Origin: Octopus sinensis
Lineage: Eukaryota
Assembly (NCBI RefSeq): GCF_006345805.1
Contig: NW_021835012.1
Location: forward strand, 1 to 43,403
Reading direction: 5' to 3'
DNA: 43,403 nucleotides
Shown: positions 39,351 through 43,403 of the stretch, piece by piece
Numbering within the stretch: the first letter of the stretch is position 1
Layout of the letters: the number at the start of each line of letters is the position of its first letter
Notes under the pieces: model-generated
Seen by the model: only the letters and a program-made list of their open reading frames with translations
Database searches by the model: none
Told to the model about the DNA's origin: nothing
Translations under genes and position numbers: made by a program

Positions 39351-39796
39351 CCACAAATCCGATGGTGTTTTTATTTTTCTCTTATAGTGTACACAACAAT
39401 TTTTCTTGGTGTTTATGAGTATCGTTTCTCTGGAAATTTTGCCCTTCACTCGGCAAGCTTAGTCTTAGAATTCCGCGCTCCTTTCTCAGGTCTTGAGTTC
39501 GATCCCTCAGACCGACATCGAACAAATGGCATTCTTTATACCCATGTCTTTTGGGTGAAATTGGATTTACGGAAATTGAATCGAAACCCGTTGCATGGAT
39601 TGAACCTGCAATTCAAAAGAAACGAACAGTACAGCTTTGTTACAGTTCGTACAACAAAGCTGCACTGTTTTTTTGTTACTTTGTTTCCGTGTGTGTGTGT
39701 GTGTGTGTATTAATATGCAAACACACATTGCTATATGGTGAGCGAATGAAGAAAGAATATTCTGAGGATCGCAGTGACTTGAAACTCTCGTCACCA

Positions 39797-40200
39797 GACG
39801 CAGGAGTGGCTGTGTGGTAAGTAGCTTGCTAACCAACCACATGGTTCTGGGTTCAGTCCCACTGCGTGGCATCTTGGGCAAGTGTCTTCTGCTATAGCCC
39901 CGGGCCGACCAATCCCTTGTGAGTGGATTTGGTAGACGGAAACTGAAAGAAGCCTGTCGTATATATATGTATGTGTGTGTATGTGTTTGTGTGTCTGTGT
40001 TTGTCCCCCTAGCATTGCTTGACGACCGATGCTGGTGTGTTTACGTCCCCTTTACTTAGCGGTTCGGCAAAAGAGACCGATAGAATAAGTACTGGGCTTA
40101 CAAAGAATAAGTCCCGGGGTCGATTTGCTCGACTAAAGGCGGTGCTCCAGCATGGCCGCAGTCAAATGACTGAAACAAGTAAAAGAGTAAAGAGAAAGAG
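39797..40200 (+). mobile_element. Youngest-looking full SINE-A (reference copy)
   Basis: A box TGGCTGTGTGG 39807-17, B box GGTTCAGTCCC 39850-60, CORE-like ttgggcaagtgtctt, internal (TA/TG)n, tail stem-loop cagtc-aaat-gactg and (aaagag)n end. Confidence 0.92.
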
Positions 40201-40594
40201 AGACAAAACTTTCTGTTTCAGTTTCAATAATAAAATAAACTGTGTGTTTGTATTTTTGCGCCCTCTCCTCTCATAAACGACAGATGAGGTTTCTGTCGCT
40301 TCTTGCTAAATATACACTGATGATTCGCTTATAGGGATCGCTTGTTTGTAGTGTAGATTAGCACACTCCCTCCATCAAACCAACATCGCCTGTACACGTG
40401 CACTGTGTTGCCAAAGGGTCAGATGTCGAAGTGATCGCAGATCAACGCAAGATGAAGTGTTTTGTTCAAGAACACAATGCACCGCCCCGTCCGGGAATCG
40501 AAACGGCATCTCGCGATCGTGAGTGTAAGTTCCTCAACACTAGGCCACGCTCTCTCTCTCTCTCTCGTTTTCTTTCTCTTTCATATATATACAC

Positions 40595-41155
40595 GCGCGC
40601 AGCGTGGTTTGAAGTCCAGTCTCATTGCGTGGCATCTTTGCAAGTGTTTTGTTCTACTATAGAACAATTGCTGGCCAATTTATTTGCGAGTTAAACTGGT
40701 AGACGGAAACTATGTGGAAGACTGTCGCGCACCCGTGTTGTATGTCTGCCTAGCTATAATTTTTTCTATGTTGGTTTCTCTTCGTTCTGTAGGTTAGTGG
40801 CGCTACGAAAGTAGAGATCGATGAAATATGTACGAAGGTGGCTATTATCGACTAGGACCTTTCAAATTAGTGGTAACCCAGCTTGGCTACAATCCAATAA
40901 CCGAAAGAACTAAAAGTGTTAATATATCGAAGCGGTAAGGCGGCGAGCTGGCAAAATCGTTAGCGCGTCGGGACAAAATGCTTAGCATTTCGTCCGTCTT
41001 AACGTCCTGAGTTCAAATTCCGCCTGGGTCAACTTTGCCTTCCACCCTTTCGGAGTCGATAAAATAAGCACCAGTTGAACACTGGGGTCGGGGTCGATTT
41101 GATCGACTTAGCCTCTCACCTGAAGCTGCTAGCCTTGTGCCAAAATTTGAAAGCA
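40595..41155 (+). mobile_element. Very old SINE-A (~40595..40915) followed by a SINE-B variant (~40939..41155)
   Basis: ggtagacggaaact; ggcggcgagctggcaaaatcgttagc..gagttcaaattccgcc..gtcgataaaataagcaccag. Confidence 0.75.
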
Positions 41156-41934
41156 ATATTTGGAAACGGTAACGCCCCAAACCTTATATTTTTCTCTGTA
41201 TTCTCGACACATTATACACACATCCCAACTATACCCTATTTATACTAGCAATTTATACTAAAGTAATCGTACGCTATTTCTTCGACAGGGTTTCTCTGCT
41301 TCCAAATTGGTTAATCTGCATTAGTCTCCTTGTACAAATTATACAGTAATTCATTTAATTAAAATGCAAGTATTTATTATATTAACAGAAACTCCAAACA
41401 ACGCAAGGATAAAAGGCGATATAAGGTAAACTCAAAGTGTATGTGTGTAGTAAGCAGTTTTATACACTTGGGTTAAAACCCAGGCTTCTTTCTTTTTCGT
41501 TTACGCAGTGACCAACACAAACATAATCGTTCTAATTTCAGCATTTTTCTACCACTTCATCAGAGATCGATCACTTATTTTCCTCAGCACACAAGAGAAT
41601 AGTAGTTTATCACTATTTATAGCATTCGCAAATTGCGTATTTGCAGCATTTGATGACGTTTTTCTTTTTAGGGGAGATAATGGTTGTTACGTTGAATCTG
41701 AATATTAACAATGTGGCTTTATGGCTTGGGTGGGACTACATCGGGAGAGTGCATCTGCATACTAAATAATAGCGTCTCATATATAACTGCGCAGGTTGAA
41801 AAGATTCAGTAACTGAGATCATTCTTGAGGCCAGCTGCGCAGTAACTCCCTCTGGTGCTAATGAAATCAACCAATGAAAATTTTTGTCCATTTTTTTTGT
41901 ACTATCATCAGGAGACAAACGTTTCTGAGTATAA

Positions 41935-42760
41935 TATACTATGCAAGGACAAACAACAAAACAATGTAGCATGTACTTAGTTCCTGTAAGGCGGGCCATG
42001 TCAGTTACACGTTGAGACACAACAGAAGGGCCAATTCGTACAATCAGAGGTCAAGTGTAGTCCCAAGCTACAAACTCAGTCTTGATGTTTGAAGTGGTTT
42101 GCGTCTGGAAAGATTCTCAGGCATGAAGTTGTGCACGAACAAAATCTAGTTGGACTGGAAAGGGAATGGGAAATACCTATTTCTTTATTACCCACAAGGG
42201 GCTAAACACAGAGGGGACAAACAAGGACAGACATAGGTATTAAGTCGATTACATCGACCCCAGTGCATAACTGGTACTTAATTTATCGACTCCGAAAGGA
42301 TGAAAGGCAAAGTCGACCTCGGCGGAATTTGAACTCACAACGTAACGCAGACGAAATACCGCTAGGCATTTCGCCCGGCGTGCTAACGTTTCTGCCAGCT
42401 CGCCGCCTTGGGGAATACCTGGGAATGGGAAATACCTGCAGACCTCCCAGACTGGCGCGTACATTATCTAAATTTCTTAAGTATGAAAGATCTAAGACCA
42501 GATATTGTCTTTTGGTCGAAATCAGGTGTCAGAATCATCTTGGTCCTGCTGGCAACGATTAAAATGAGGAAGTATGGTGACCTTATAAAAGAACTGACAA
42601 AGGAGGCGTACCGTTGTACAGTAAAGGCTGTGAATGTTGGCGTCGCAGCCTTCATTTGGCGAATTCTTGGTCAGCTTGGTCTCAAAGGTCGCAAAAGAAC
42701 AGCAACGAGACAGCTGATAAGGGGTCAGTGTGATCATTAGCAAAGAGAACCGAAATTAGA
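41935..42760 (+). mobile_element. Decayed RLE-type non-LTR retrotransposon C-terminus (zinc knuckle + restriction-like endonuclease; HERO/NeSL/R4-like), interrupted by SINE-B
   Basis: LC..../HVLSSCKAGHVSYTLRHN (41970-42023), then after removing the SINE: EWEIPADLP..LRPDIVFWSKSGVRIILV..KMRKYGDL..VNVG..F..LGLKGRKR. Confidence 0.8.
42171..42408 (-). mobile_element. Full young SINE-B with 17-bp TSD gggaatgggaaatacct (42162-42178 / 42421-42437)
   Basis: Direct repeat on both sides; complete head and tail. Confidence 0.92.
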
Positions 42761-43219
42761 GGTAACAAGGAATCTTGCAAGCCACTAAACATAGCAGGAG
42801 GGAAACCCAGTTTGAAATAGATCCATAGTGCAGCTTCTTGCGGTGGTCTTCATGGTCGAGCGATATACTCCACCGTGCAGGGAAACAAGATCACACGAAG
42901 ATTCTGAGTTCAAACCCCACTAAAGGTGGCATTGCAAAAACAGCAGAACGATCGATACCTAGGTATCATGACTTAGGTGGACCCGGCTCCCTTAGAGAGT
43001 CGGAAACTTAGGGGCTGAAATACCTGCTTGTCGAAGGTTCAATCCTTTCAAGATTTCTCCAGCTGTCCGCTCGCCTCATATTGGAGTTTTCAGTTACCTT
43101 CTGATGAAATCTAATGTGGGCCAAGTGTGTCCGTTTATTGCACTGGGTTTATCATCTCTCTTCGTCACTTCCTACAGGGAATTCTATATTATGCACAACA
43201 AAACGTTAATGAATGATTA

Positions 43220-43309
<90 letters not shown>

Positions 43310-43403
43310 GTGTGGTGTGTGTGTATGTATATTTATGTATATATATATATATAATATGTGTATGTATATTTATGTATATATGTATATATATGTGTATGTA
43401 TAT

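Larger units (their letters stand above)
12943..43403 (+). other. Probable FoxO first coding intron (>30 kb, runs off the window unless the assembly is broken)
   Basis: GTCAGT donor at 12943. No NSIRHNLSLH-encoding sequence appears in any listed ORF downstream; the region is repeats. Confidence 0.7.

Noticed and set aside
39755-39797. CTGAGGA..GAAACtctcGTC hammerhead-like core
   Set aside because: Helix II is weak and helix I does not pair; the adjacent SINE insertion obscures the context.
39797-39870. tRNA gene
   Set aside because: A and B boxes are present but no full cloverleaf, and it continues into the SINE body.

Overview
Eukaryotic, repeat-dominated window. The SINE families and the extreme (AT)n/(AC)n/(ATGT)n density point to a coleoid cephalopod, probably Octopus (inference). 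The only host coding sequence I can support is the first coding exon of FoxO (+, 12547..12942). It carries the Akt motif RVRSNTWPL and the N-terminal half of the forkhead domain, and ends at the conserved AGWK|GT donor. No exon 2 (NSIRHNLSLH) is visible in the following ~30 kb. The rest is mobile-element debris: many copies of at least three tRNA-headed SINE families, a decayed Helitron RepHel fragment plus a complete non-autonomous Helitron with a related 3' end, a Penelope GIY-YIG fragment, an RTE LINE 3' end, an RLE-type non-LTR fragment split by a SINE with a 17-bp TSD, and three piggyBac-like TTAA MITEs. The most notable unexplained structures are: (1) a well-formed type-I hammerhead ribozyme (27690..27763) and a second minimal one (31867..31949), both sense to the FoxO pre-mRNA; (2) repeated joining of SINE-B at an AAATACC-like microhomology site; (3) a 4x106-bp array of SINE pol III heads; (4) a near-perfect 297-bp palindrome. 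Almost all ORFs in the supplied track are microsatellite or SINE artefacts. Repeat boundaries are read by eye and are approximate unless stated otherwise.
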